DNA of 64,000 nt from Utricularia gibba (GCA_002189035.1 NEEC01000002.1:4836001-4900000), one strand, 5' to 3'. Positions 36,553 through 51,470 are shown, counted from the first letter of the stretch. Made by a program: numbers and translations. The notes: generated from the sequence alone by a model not told the origin.

Positions 36553-37852
36553 TGTTGAGTGTCATTTTCTAGTTATTATTATTTATTATTATATATTAAT
36601 TTAGTGTTAAGTCGTCCAATTTAAGAATCATATTGATAAGTAATTGATTTTCTTATAAAAATCTTATTTTTCTATTTTGTATATATTTTCTTTGTCTTTT
36701 TCGTGCATTTTGACCGAAATATATCAAGAGGCAATCGTGGAGTATTGCAAGATACTTGCAGGAGAGCAAATTCTGACTTTTCATGTCTTCCACACGACTT
36801 GAAACAATTGTGAGCAAAAGACTAGTACTAGTCAAGACGTTTGACTTACAACATGTCATAGTCTATAGCAATGATTGAGCACCTACTTGCACGCATAAGA
36901 AAGCTGGTGACGCATGTAAGACAAAAAAAATGATGGGAAGAGGATCAAAAGGAGTAAATGCACGTTGAAAGTGAGATACAACCAACTTAGAACACTTATT
37001 TTTGAACTTTTGAAATCTTCGTATTTTGTCTCTAGAGTTAGAACTTTTAGTTCTTCCTCTCTTCAAGGGATGAAAAACATTTTGATTTCCATTTCATTTT
37101 ATGTTTTCATGGTCCTTTGTGACTAAATTCTTTTAGTTTCTAGAAATATATGAAGTTTGCTTCTAAATCTTGAGCATTAGACTCAATTCCTTGCTAATTT
37201 CATTTCAGATTTTGCATACTTCCACGTGTCTTCTTGCAGTCTTTCTGTAACGTATCCTTGTCATGGTTCATGAGTAGCCGGCCACTCCTCACGAATGAAG
37301 AGTAAGTTGAAAAGCATCATCTCCAACTCTATCGGTTCGAGGGAAATATCAAATTGTTCGTGACCAAAGTACCGCAACAGTGGACAAGTAGTGACCTCAT
37401 ACTCACCACTGATAATTGGCAAAACTTGGGCACACACGCACAAGTTGGTTTTGAAGACAATCAACGACAATACTCTTATCTTCTTAATCGTCCAAGGGGG
37501 AATCACATGAGGCTATTCTCATATCTCCTTGTCAATCAGAATGTAAGAAAGAGTAGGCTATTCCTTGCATTTATAATCAGCTATTCGGAAGGAATTAATG
37601 AAATAAGAGGCGAGGATAGACAAAAGAAAGAAACAGAGTTTATTTCCCAAGAACTGCAACCCTTAATCAATGTTTATTACTTAGATTGTATCTTTTATTC
37701 TTATACTTCAAAAATCTCATGATAATTTGTAAGAGTTTTCTACAAAACATTTTTCGTAAAACTAAACTCCCTAAGATTGATACTCGTATTATACTCTTTT
37801 GTGTGCTACATTTTACATATTGAAAATTTGTTGAAGAAAACGACACACAATA
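36553..37852 (+). mobile_element. Solo LTR related to 55536-56770 (opposite orientation), TSD TT(A/G)AG
   Basis: Starts TGTTGAGTGTCATTTTCT and ends GAAAACGACACACAATA. Flanks TTAAG and TTGAG. Confidence 0.8.
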
Positions 37853-38095
37853 TTGAGTTAATTATGATATAAACATAGATTTTATATAAATTATGTGCTA
37901 ATGACTAATGCGATAGTATTTTGGGATTTTGGGTCTAGGATTTAGGATTTAATATTTAGAGTTTAGGGTAATATTGAGTTAATTATGATATAAATGTAGG
38001 TTTTATATAAGTTATGTCCTTATGACTAATGAGATAGGATTATGGATTTAGGGTTTAGAGTGTAGGGTTTAATATTTAGGGTTTAGAGTAATATT
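37853..38095. repeat. Two ~121-bp tandem units containing degenerate TTTAGGG motifs, with a partial unit at ~36480-36552
   Basis: TTGAGTTAATTATGATATAAA recurs at 37853 and 37974. Confidence 0.75.
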
Positions 38096-40189
38096 AACAT
38101 TTATGTATGAGAGATGCTCTTATCAATTATTAACCTATGATTGGATGATAGAAAGATCAAATTTGTGTGTGTTGAAGTTCTACCCCCCATGCCTCCATGG
38201 TGGATATATCAATTTTGAGAAAGTTAAGATCAAGTATTGATTATATAGAGTGAAAACCTACCTTTGTCGGTTTTTCGAATTTATTGTTATGTCAAGGTTG
38301 ACTTCCTCATCATGGGGGTCAACTCATATAACTAATAGTGTAAAATAAAAATGTTATGATATATATAATCCTATTTGGTGGTGAATCAAAATTAATAAAA
38401 TCAATCCTAAAATGGGAAATCAACTTCCTATTTTTGGATAAAATGATTTAATAGTAAATATTATCAAAATTTAGCAGTGAAAGAATTGAAAAGCCGACTT
38501 ATTAAGGTAGCATGTAGAATCCATATGTCAATGAGGGATGCAATGCATGGGATTCTTCTACATAGTTGGAAATTGTAACTTGTCGATCCAAATTGGACAA
38601 TGATCGAGGGCTTAAAATTTTAAAATAAAAAATATATTCATTTATTTGTATATTGATAAATGATGAAATAAACCAATTTTATTTGTTATGAATTAATAGA
38701 AAAATTTAATAAATATAGATGAGTAAATTTTTCACATAGTGGGTATTTTTCTAAAAGTTATTTTTGACAATGAATAGATTTGTAATCTACCCTTGTTCAA
38801 GGGCATTCTTAGGTGGATCTTGGGTGATTTGGTGAGAACTAAAAATTTTGCCACAATGATAAATATTTAGTGACTTATTTTACTAATTATTCAAAACCGT
38901 AGATCCAATTTACACTAACTATTTATTGAAATTGTAGGATTAAAAATTTCAATTTTTAAAATAATAAAAATCAATTTTATTCTTTTTGAAAATAACGGAA
39001 ACGTATTACTTCTTTATTGAGTAGTTTTTTTTTAAAAAAAAAAACTGATTTCACTATTTAAACAAATGACAGATATTATCTGTGTTCAAAGGTGCGGTCA
39101 CTGATTTCAACACTGATGTGTTCAAAAGATGCGTGATTAAGAGTGCAACATAAAAAATGGCAGCATCAACAAATGCGTTTCGAGCTGGAGTGCTTCATAT
39201 TTTTTGAAAAGTGAGTCAGTGAGTCTATAATGCAAGAATAGCTTTGTGTGTGTTTCTTGTTGGTATTATGTGCAATTTGGGCCTGATGAATTAGATTTTG
39301 GAATACAACAGTACCTGGTCCATACAAGGCAGATAGATACTTGAATGTCAAAGATGCTGCAGCTTAATTGGACACGGTTGATGTCTAATGATGGATGTTC
39401 ATGGGCCTCCCATAAATCAACCTTTTTCATTCATTCCAGGTGTGCCACCGTTGGGGGCATCTATTCCATTCCATTCCATTCCGTTCATGCAAAGTCATTG
39501 AAAGGAAAGGAAAGCTGCCGTCCCGACCATATGTACAAGTTGTTTATGTACACCCTAAATAATCAAACTCATCTCCACATTCATGTACCAAAACTGGCAA
39601 ACGGGTGTCTGTCCTTTTCTAATATTTCCTCTAATTAAACCAAGAAATGGAACGGAACGTGGGTTGGTCAGAAAAGGCTGGTCTCGGTCACGTGCAGCGA
39701 ATGACTCGCCTTCCGTTGGGTTTCGGAATAAGCAGCCCACGCCGCTGATTTGTGTTGCCTCATGCTCTGGAACATATATTCACATTTCCCAGGACAGCAA
39801 CCCCACCCGGCTTAAACGAAATTGTGGTCCGCTGCTGCAATGCAAATCACCCGCACACAATAATTTGAGCCCTTCTCCTTTTTCTATTTCTGATTTTCTT
39901 TTTCTGCAAATTTCAAACATCAAACCAATCATAAAAACATCAAGAAATGAAGTTGGTTTAATGTGAAACTGGGTAGTTATTTACTATAAGTCACATGGCA
40001 TCATTGCTAGACATTGTCCCTTTATTCCCGAATTTCATACCAATTATTGGAGAAACAACAAAGGTTAGATAGAGGCTAGCTCTCACACTCACTATTGTTG
40101 TTGTTTTTTTTTTTTTTTTTTACGTATGTTTCTAAAAGAAATGCTTGATTTATTCTTATATAATTTATTTTTTTTAAAAAAACTACGTT

Positions 40190-40290
40190 CCCACGTGCCA
40201 CTAAACCCGGGGTGTCCGTGGTGTTACAGATACCGCCTCTGGAACCGGGAATGCTCCGCCATTCAAGAGCCTGCTCACTATAAATAGCTT
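40190..40290 (+). promoter_or_regulatory. PDC proximal promoter: G-box, HRPE-like motif, TATA box
   Basis: CACGTG 40192-97; AAACCCGGGGT 40203-13 (9/11 to AAACCASSSGC); TATAAATA 40279-86. Confidence 0.4.
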
Positions 40291-40380
40291 CAAGCCCACG
40301 ATCGCGTTTCATTCATCAGAAAGGAACACAAGAGAGCCATTAGTTAGTTACATTGCTTAGATCTCTGCTATTGTTTTTCG

Positions 40381-42611
40381 ATGGATACTGCGATTGGATC
40401 TTCGCCGATGGTGGGAACGAAGAGCCCTGTTTACGGCGACGTCGGCTGTTTGCCGAGCAATGGCTGTGTTGCCGCCGTCCAATCCTCCTCCCTGCCCTTC
40501 AGCTCATCGGAGGCCACTCTTGGACGCCATCTGGCGCGGCGACTCGTCCAAATCGGCATCCGCGACGTGTTTTCGGTGCCCGGCGATTTCAACCTCACGC
40601 TGCTGGACCATCTCATTGCGGAGCCCGGGCTGAACCTCATCGGCTGTTGCAATGAGATTAACGCTGGGTATGCTGCGGATGGGTACGCTAGGGCGCGAGG
40701 CGTGGGTGCTTGCGTTGTCACCTTTACTGTGGGAGGATTGAGTATTATCAATTCCATTGCGGGCGCGTACAGCGAGAATTTGCCTGTTATTTGTATCGTC
40801 GGGGGTCCTAATACCAACGATTATGGAACCAACCGGATCTTGCATCATACCATCGGCTTACCGGATTTCAGCCAGGAGCTCCGCTGCTTCCAAACGGTTA
40901 CCTGCTTTCAGGTATCAAGAGTATTTGAAGGTTTCCGCAAAGAGTTCTATGTTTCTTTTCTCATGCTTTTTTCGTCACTGTAGGCGGTGGTGAATCATCT
41001 GGACGATGCACATGAATTGATTGATACCGCGATTTCTACCGCTTTGAGAGAGAGTAAGCCTGTTTACATTAGTGTCAGCTGCAACTTGGCAGCGGTTCCT
41101 CATCCGACGTTTAGCCGTGATCCCGTCCCCTTTTCTCTTACGCCAAGGTATCTCCTATTTTGATACGTTTGAGTACCCGGATGATTCATGTGATACAAAC
41201 TCTTCTGTTTCTTGACTTCACAGATTGAGCAATCCCTTGGGCCTAGAAGCTGCAGTCGATGCAGCATCTGAGTTCTTGAATAAGGCCGTGAAACCAGTGT
41301 TGATCGGAGGCCCGAATTTACGCGTTTCGAAAGCGAGCAAAGCCTTGATGGAACTCGCAGATTCTAGTGGCTACGCCCTTGCGGTTATGCCATCCGCTAA
41401 AGGGCAAGTGGAGGAGCAACACCCCCACTTCATTGGCACCTACTGGGGTGCAGTGAGCACAGGCTTTTGTTCCGAAATTGTGGAGTCGGCGGATGCTTAC
41501 CTCTTCGTTGGCCCCATATTCAATGACTACAGCTCTGTGGGATACTCCCTGCTACTCAAGAAAGAGAAGGCAATCATCGTACAGCCTGATCGTGTGATCA
41601 TTGGGAATGGCCCTGCCTATGGATGTGTTCGAATGAAGGATTTCCTATCTGCTCTCAGCAAAAAGCTCAAACGGAACACAACCGCGTATGAGAACTATGC
41701 CAGGATTTATGTTCCTGAAGGGCGTCCTTCTAAAAGCGAGCCTAACGAACCACTGCGGGTAAACGTTCTGTTTCAGCACATTCAGGAAATGATATCTGGG
41801 GATACTGCCGTCATCGCCGAGACCGGGGATTCATGGTTTAACTGCCAAAAACTGAAATTGCCTCAGGGATGCGGGTGAGATATCTATCCATCCATCTATC
41901 ATTCATTCCCACTACTACCTTCTGGTATCTCTTCACTGCTTCTTATGGCATTTCTCTATCTTTCGCCATGTAGCTACGAGTTTCAAATGCAGTACGGTTC
42001 CATTGGTTGGTCTGTTGGTGCAACTCTGGGTTATGCACAGGCTGTCCCAGAGAAACGAGTCATATCTTGCATTGGAGATGGCAGCTTCCAGGTTCATTAA
42101 GCTTTTCCAAGGGGCCTCTCGGGTTCTGTTGTTAGCAATCCCTTAGCATGAGTTATACAACTGTTGCAGGTCACAGCGCAGGATATTTCGAGCATGATTC
42201 GATGCAACCAGAGGAGCATCATCTTCCTGATAAACAACGGTGGTTACACCATTGAGGTCGAGATTCACGATGGGCCTTACAATGTGATCAAGAACTGGAA
42301 CTACACTGGTTTGGTTGATGCCATCCACAACGGTGAAGGCAAATGCTGGACTGCTAAGGTACCCCTTTCCCCTGGCTCACTCCCGATTTCCCCCCGAGAG
42401 AAAACAAAAGTCGAATTGAACTGTCTGTTGTTGATGGTAGGTTAAATGTGAAGAAGAACTGGTCGAGGCCATCGCCACAGCAACTGAGGAGAAGAAGGAT
42501 TGCTTGTGCTTCATAGAAGTGATCGTTCACAAGGATGACACCAGCAAGGAGCTGCTGGAATGGGGCTCCAGAGTGTGTGCTGCCAACAGCCGACCTCCAA
42601 ATCCGCAGTAG
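40381..42611 (+). CDS. PDC: Pyruvate decarboxylase, 6 exons
   Basis: Exons 40381-40911, 40984-41147, 41224-41874, 41974-42091, 42170-42358, 42441-42611. Motifs [29 protein letters not shown]-binding GDGSFQ...INNGGYTIE, and C-terminal ANSRPPNPQ. Confidence 0.97.
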
Positions 42612-42899
42612 TCTCCTCATTTGCTGCTGCGTTTGGAAAATAAGTTGCTCCCCGGACATGAAATTTTTATCATTCGCAATCACGAGAAAGTGCAGTGGTT
42701 ACGGCACTCGAGTCAAATTGTAGTGGATTTCATTATGTATTAACAAATTTTGCGTTGTGCAATTACTCTAATATTTTAATATCCTTCTAAACAATATCAG
42801 TTTTCCATACCAAAATAATTAAACGTGCAAGGTGATTAAGTGATATACGTGGCAGATTTCTATTGGGTCTGAAAATAAAAAGGGGGCTCAGATTAATGC

Positions 42900-42990
42900 T
42901 CATAAAAATGGGGCTAGCTGTTGGCCCATTTGAACAGATGAAGCCCAAATTGTAAAATGATCAGCAGTATAAATACCGATTTTAGGTTTT
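42900..42990 (+). promoter_or_regulatory. RPS4 promoter with three site II elements
   Basis: TGGGCT 42909, GGCCCA 42922, AGCCCA 42941. Confidence 0.6.
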
Positions 42991-43056
42991 CGTCTCGTCC
43001 CGTCCGCCACAGCAAACGAAGAAAAAAAAGAACGGTGACGAGGTGTTTTTGCTCCC

Positions 43057-44561
<1,505 letters not shown>

Positions 44562-44989
44562 CTCCATGAAATGCAAAGGTGCTCTCCTGCTGCTCCTCCA
44601 TCTGCTCGCCTCGCGAAAGTCTCTTGTTTTAAGTTTGATCATCGCCTGTTAGGTTTTTGTCGACTGATCGCTGGGATTCAAAGTAAACACATTTATAATT
44701 ATTATAATTATATATTTATTTAGCAGTCTTTCGCAATTTTACTGAAGAATGTTTTTGTTGTAAGGGTATGAATTTTGAAAAAGAATAAATTGTGTTTGGA
44801 AAAGTGATTTTGGTCCAAATGGGGGTCCCACCTGTCCGCTCCACCCCAAAAATCATATGATCCTATCGCTGCACGCCTTCGATTTGTCGTCTCCCGCAAC
44901 AATTCTCCTCTCCTCTCCCTGCTCTGCTGCCTGCTTCCTTCACATAGCACAGTCTCTCCCTCCCTCCTGGCGGTAGCGGATATTGGAAC

Positions 44990-46470
44990 ATGGGGGACCA
45001 AGCACAGCTCCACAACGACAATGGGAAGGCGATGAGCAACGGCGGGGACCAGGGCTTCCTCAACTCTCTCATCGAAGCGACGCCGTTCCGTTCTCCTTCC
45101 TTCCGAGAGGAGGACACCTACCTGATCTCCCGCCTCACCACTTCCCAGCGCAGAGCCCTCAAGGACCTCAAGGACAAGCTCCTCGCCGTCGGCGGCGGCC
45201 CGGACTCCCTCACTTGGAACAGAGTCCCGCTTCTCGACTCCCGCGGCGGTGGCGGCGACGTCGTTCTCCTCAAATTCCTCCGCGCCAGGGACTTTCGGGT
45301 TCACGATGCCCTCAACATGCTCCTCAAATCCCTCCAATGGAGAAAAGATTTCGGAGCCGACGTCATTTTGGAAGAGGATCTAGGGTTCAAGGACCTCGAA
45401 AACGTCGTCGCCTACATGCATCGGTGCGACCGATTCGGCCACCCCGTTTGCTACAACGCTTACGGGGTTTTCAAAGACCCCGAAATGTACGGGAGGGTTT
45501 TTGGAGACGATGACAAGTTGAGCAGGTTTTTGAGATGGAGGGTTCAGGTTCTGGAGAGGGGAATCAAGCTCCTGGATTTCAAACCTGGTGGGATTAATTC
45601 CATTATTCAGGTCACGGATCTCAACGGCATGCCCAAAACGCAGCTCCGTGAAGCTTCGAAGCGGATTCTCTCCCTGTTTCAGGATAACTACCCTGAATTT
45701 GTTGCCACAAAGGTGATGCTCTTTCCTGTGCTTCTTCTTCTTCATCTCGAAATCTCCATTTTGATTCCTAGTCTGGCTTTGCAGATCTTCATTAACGTGC
45801 CCTGGTACTTTACTTTGCTGTATTCAATGTTCAGTCCATTTCTGACCAACAGAACAAAGAGTAAGTTTGTGATAGCCAGAGAAGGAACCACTGCTGAGAC
45901 GCTTTACAAGTGAGCTTCAGAACTTAAATGCGGTCTGCCTTTTTTTTTTTCTTGTGATTCATTGCTCCGGTCGGTGGTCGCCAGATTCATCCCCCCGAGA
46001 ATATTCCTGTTCGATACGGTGGTCTGAGCCATTCAGATGACGTATCGGACAGTGGGGGTCCTCCTTTACCGGCGTCGGAGTTCGCCATTAAAGGCGGAGA
46101 GAAGGTCAACATTCAAATTGAGGGAATCGAGGTAATGGGGTCTGAATGTGTGATTGAATTTCGCTTTGGGCTTGGCTCCAACTTTACAATGGCTTCTTGC
46201 CTCAAGGCGGGGGTGACGATCCAATGGGACATAGTGGTTGGAGGCTGGGATTTGGTCTACAGCGCGGAATTCTCCCCGGCGGCAGAGAACGCGTACACGA
46301 TAGCCGTCGAGAAGCCGCGGTGGATGGGCGAAAAGGAGGAGGCCATTCGAAACTCGTACACTACGAAGGAAGCTGGGAAGCTGATGCTCTCCGTGGATAA
46401 CACGGAGTCTCGCCGGAGGAAAGTCGCGGCTTACCGGTACACCGTCCGGCGATCTCCGGCTGTGCTCTAG
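44990..46470 (+). CDS. PATL6: Patellin-6 (Sec14/CRAL-TRIO plus GOLD); exon 3 is 1 nt short as given
   Basis: Exons 44990-45712, 45785-45909, 45985-46131, 46207-46470. Motifs LLKFLRARDF, GHPVCYNAYG, FQDNYPE, IFINVPWY, WDIVVGGWDL, VAAYRY. The C6 run at 45991-96 breaks the frame. Confidence 0.92.
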
Positions 46471-47229
46471 ATGAGCTTGTAATGGGAAAGCAAGAAAAAG
46501 TGATGTTCGCTTCGCGTGTTCTAAGTTCTCATTCCCTTTAACAAAAGCGCGTGGCGCGTGATGGCATGTTTAAGGCGGGAATTCAAAGTATCTTTTTTCC
46601 AAAAAAGGCCACATTTTTCAAAATTGTTATTTTTTTGTCGTCTGGTTTTTATAAAATTTATTAATATTAAATTTGAGCGGTGAGGTTCATTTCCCGCAAT
46701 TTCAGCGTCAATAGGGTTTCAGGGTTTATTGCTAAACTAGTGCCTTGGGTAATTCATGTATTAATGATCTTTCTTTTTTTTTTCAACGTGGGCCAATTCA
46801 ATTCAATTGACATTAAGGTAATTGGTTCTCATTTGAGAGAACATAAAAAGTTTATTTATGTGAAATAATATATGATAATCTTTAGTTGAGTGAGAAATGA
46901 TATTTAACACAACAAATTAATTATTACGCTAATTTTTTGTTTCGTCTTTAATTGATGATGAAATAAAAACTCATATTCAATACGGATTTAGGTAATTTTA
47001 CAATGTAAAAAGATAATATTATATATTCAACAATCAATTTTTTTCTTTATATAAATTCATTGTTTATGTTTCATATTTCATATGTCAAATTAAGTACGAG
47101 AAAAAATATTTTAAAAACTTTGATAATATTTTTATATAATACTGTACATTTTAAATAATATGTTCTACAAATTTGTCCATATTTTTATAAATCATGTATT
47201 TTTATGTATATTAATCTGATTTATATTTA

Positions 47230-48365
47230 TGATAATTGATTTTGTGTCGTTCAAAACATGTTCTTTCACTAATCTTGAATGTTGTTTTTACTTATCTTAG
47301 ACCTCACTTTCTCATTATTCTGAATTGATTTTACATCTTTCACACTACTTTGATACTTTTGGAGAGAAAGTGTATTTTGTGGATTTTTAGGATACTTTTG
47401 GATCAATTTGAGGAGAAATCAAGACCCATCAAATTATGGACTTGATGGACCACGAATCTCAACCCAATACTCGGTCAACCGATGAAGATTTGGTCCAAGA
47501 TTCGTGGATAAGACAGAGATATGAAGATGATCTTCGAAGATTTGAATAAAAGATTTGGATAGAAGATCTTATCCAAGCTCATCAAATAAGCTCAATACGA
47601 ATACTTGAATTGACTCTCCTATAAATATCTCACTCTCTCAACCATTAGAAACGTCTTTGACCACTTTTCCTATTTTCGTGTCTATTTTCATGTTAGAGTC
47701 AAGTGTTTTCGTGTAGGTGCTTGCGGCTGAGGATTTGCGGTGAAGCCTTGCTTGCGCAAGTACTGCGCGTGTGACTGTTTTACTATGTTTTTCGACATTT
47801 AAATTGAAGTTTGATTCTGTTTTTCGCAACGTTTTCTTTACCAATGTGATCTTTAATATCACATAACCCGAAGGGATTGTGAGAGAATCAAAGGTTAGCC
47901 TCAATCACCTAAGGAGAAGGGTTCAATCGAACATTGTTTGTAAAACACATTCTATCTAATCTTTCTGTGAGGTGTGAGGTGTAGGAGTTAGATTTGGGTG
48001 TGGATAAAACATGGGTTATCACAAGAGGTGAAATGGCTCTGGTGGCGTGGTTGATTCTATAATCCCACAAAACAAGGGACGGTGCTATAACGGTCACCGA
48101 GTAGCACTACTTTAGAATAACACCCCCAGAGCTTGCACAAACAGGTCAGTTTTAAAGGTTTGCACACACGCAAGGGTGAGTTTCAAGTAAAGTGAGTCCT
48201 GGATCCAAAACCAATTTTCTTATTGTTTTTAAAATCAAATCTTTCTTTTATTTTCATCCTTTTTTTAGTCTTTGTTTGAAAAAAAAATTCCAATAATAAT
48301 TATCTGTGAATACGATCTTATTTTATTACTTCGACGGTTTCTGTGCAATTGCAAAATTAACATCA
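47230..48365 (+). mobile_element. Solo LTR, 1136 bp, perfect TSD ATTTA
   Basis: TGATAATTG...AACATCA with ATTTA at 47225-29 and 48366-70. TATA-like CTATAAATA at ~47619. Confidence 0.88.
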
Positions 48366-48890
48366 ATTTATGAAAGAACAAATTAAAACATTGAATCAGG
48401 CTTGTTTTGCAAACTACACTTTGTGGAGGAATTCAGAATAGAGTGCAATCAATAAGGTTGGCAGTGTAGTTTAGTGCCGTGATTTGAGTTCATCGTCTCA
48501 TCCCGTGAACAGAACGCTCCTCCCATTTGCTGGTTTCAATGCTTGAAATCTCACACCATTATCTTTTTCGGGATGGCAACAAACCAATCCCCGTCACCAT
48601 AGTGCTGCAACACACTGAAAAAAAAGGCCGCTATGGCTCTCAGTTTAGCTGAGTCACACATATTTTATTCAGCTTTGATGCCATGGGAAAATAAATCGCC
48701 AACTGCATTTCGATTCAAGCTGATAAACAAGCAATAAAGACATATGACAGCAGGAGTATCTAGCTTTGCATCACATGATTGTAAGACTGATAAACAAGCA
48801 AGAGTTTTCTCCACACCGTGAGGCATTCAGATTTTCGACCAGATGCTCAAGGGAGACCTCCAAACTGTGCTCGAACCGAAGTGTCATCCA

Positions 48891-50057
48891 TCATGCAGTG
48901 ATTCTATACCTACCCTTGGCGATTCGACGGGAAATGACTCTCCGCCCACCCTTTGTTGATTTCCTGTGATCTCAAGGCAAGAAAGTCAAAAGGGATTCAA
49001 TAAAGATATGCAGCTGTATACAACTATCAGGAACGAAACGAAAATCATGGTTGGATCACACAGACAGACTTCAGAAAAAGTGAAGACGAAAAGATGGTGA
49101 AGAGCAATGAGGGTCCTAACGCTGATCAAGGCAAAGCACGTGTAAATGAGCACGAATGCACAAGGAATACTACAGATTGGACAATATGTGAGTGCGCTTA
49201 TTATCAACAGGGGTGGTCATGTTATCTAACCCCTACAGGTCAACTGTGTTATGAGGCACGAGGAGAGTGTGTTCCACCTTGCAAAGAATCCATGATTCCT
49301 TTTACGCCTAATGTTGCTAGGCTGATAAGTTCGCTTTGGAAACAATAGAATGGGATCTTCAGTAGAAGCATCATCTCCTGCAGAAATCAAAAGCGCATAT
49401 CATCAAACATCAACAACTGCTGCATTATAAGTATAAACAAGTGACGCCCGTTATATTCCAACCACGAGTTGTATTTCGGCTAAACAAAGCAGATTTCAAC
49501 CAAACAGAGAGGAATGACCGAACAGGGACAATGATAAACTGATTTCCAATATAAAAATGCATGTCTACAACAAACTATGCAATGCAGGTGGAAGACATTT
49601 GTCAGATCAGAGTTCAACCAGCAACGGCAACAAAACCACTCGTCCAAGTTCCAACCAAAAAGATAAATGATCCTTTACAAACTAGAAAAAACCAACACCA
49701 TAAACACGAAATATACAAGCCTGAATAATTCACTAGACAATAAACAGATACATTCAAACTCAAAGGAGCTAAAAACCCAAGTCTACAGTAGAACAGTTAA
49801 GTACCATCCGGAAGAAAGAATGGCAGATATGGAAGGCCAGATGGGTGCAAGAAGCCTTCAGATGAAATGGTCTTCAGCGGTTCCCAATGTCTCATTTGAG
49901 GAAGAGGAGTCAGCAGAGCGGGCGAAGATACACTTTGTGGCCCGGTAAAACTGCCGCATAAGGATGAAGCTGAACCTGTTTGCAGATTGTGGCCGATAAA
50001 TCTAGCCACAAGAGGAGTTCCAGATCGAATTAGGGTTCTCAGGGACGCCATAGACAT
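48891..50057 (-). CDS. MRPL34: Mitochondrial ribosomal protein L34 (bL34m) with N-terminal targeting extension, 3 exons
   Basis: Exons 50057 (or 50051)-49805, 49377-49278, 48963-48891. Splices to [47 protein letters not shown], the L34 signature. Site II motifs at 50111 and 50135. Confidence 0.93.
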
Positions 50058-50589
50058 TACCTCGAGGAAGTGTGAGCGGAAGAGCTCTGATGAAGAGGTT
50101 TAGTCCGAATTGGGCTTTCTAATTGAATTATTTAGGCCCAACTTGTTTTCATGGGTCAACCCACTACCATCAATATCAATAGAAATTATGAATTATAAAA
50201 AAACACATTATATAAACTTATAAGTTGCTAAACAATGATAATATATGAATTTTCCCCTTTATTTTTCTTGAAAAACTCTGTGCTACATAGTGCATGATTA
50301 AAGAAATATTCAATGTTTTTTGGTTATTTTCATAAGATTATATGATTTAACATAAGTTAACTAGTGTATAAATATATCAAAAGAAGTACATACAACCCTT
50401 TAGGAACTCTATTAATACAAAAATACAGCACAAATGTTTTGAAATTTGGAATCAAAGGTGAGGTTACAAATAATAAGTTCTCTCTCGCAATCACTTGATG
50501 CAAGAAAATATTCTAACTTCAAATGATTGAAACTAATCGTCTTTAATATATTAAAGTATTGAATGTTGGATAATTGTAGCAGCATACCT

Positions 50590-51470
50590 CTGAGGTTTTG
50601 ATGAGTTCTCTAACCAAGCATTACTTCTTGGCCAAGTCTCGAGCTTACTACATCAATTTTGATCCCATATGATGTAGCTCTGCACATGTCCAAACATTTA
50701 ATGTCTCCATTTCACATAAGAACACCATAGACATTGCACACCCATGCGCTTCTCCCAAAAAGCTTCAAACAACCGACAATGTCATGTGATTTGAAGTCCC
50801 TTCTCTCTTGAGTAACATGGGCATCCTTCACACCACAAGAAAATGGTTCATGACATGTATCCTTATATGAAAGTTAATATTCTGACTTATGATATTCAAA
50901 TCAATAGGCTAATATGAATGAAGAGAAGATTCATCCACATGCTCTTCAATCTCTTCCATAAATTTCTTCTTCCTGATCGCACCTATAAAACTAATGGAAT
51001 TATCTCAAGTTGTTAGATTCTTGCCTAAAATCTCCCTCCAGTGCACATAATAAAGCCATGATTTGTATCTCAGTATGCATAGCATTGGTACATGTCGGAA
51101 TAAGCATACAATCAGTATGAGTATAGCAACTTCAAGTATAATAGATGCATACATGTTCAATCTCCTTCTAGACTTCCTTGTCGACATTTACAGTGTTGGT
51201 TATCTTATTGAATCTGATGTCCAAACTGGCTAAAAAATCCACAAGAAGGTTTCCATGCATGCACATTACTTGATATATATGGATGTGTGTTCGGTTCTTG
51301 AGCAAAGCTTCCCAAATTCTAACTACACCACTTGGTGATACATACCTCTAAAATCATTGTCAATTTTCTAGTCCTCTTTCACTATCTGATTCAGGGCATG
51401 TAAAAGATCATTCTCCTCATCATGCTTCATGGTTTGCTTCATTTTTTCAATAGGCTCTTCAATAGTTGTT
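50590..51470 (-). pseudogene. Unidentified decayed, apparently spliced coding relic
   Basis: An AG/GT-bounded stretch (~50990 to ~50590) holds one ~135-codon frame, GAIRKKKFMEEIEEH...RRDFKSHDIVGCLKLFGRSAWVC..., with 5 stops. Confidence 0.3.

Noticed and set aside
37853-38095. Interstitial telomere or chromosome-fusion scar
   Set aside because: TTTAGGG motifs are few, degenerate and embedded in a larger unit; there is no head-to-head array.
39280-39400. Possible C/D snoRNA (TGATGA motifs)
   Set aside because: No convincing paired D box, terminal stem or rRNA-complementary guide seen.
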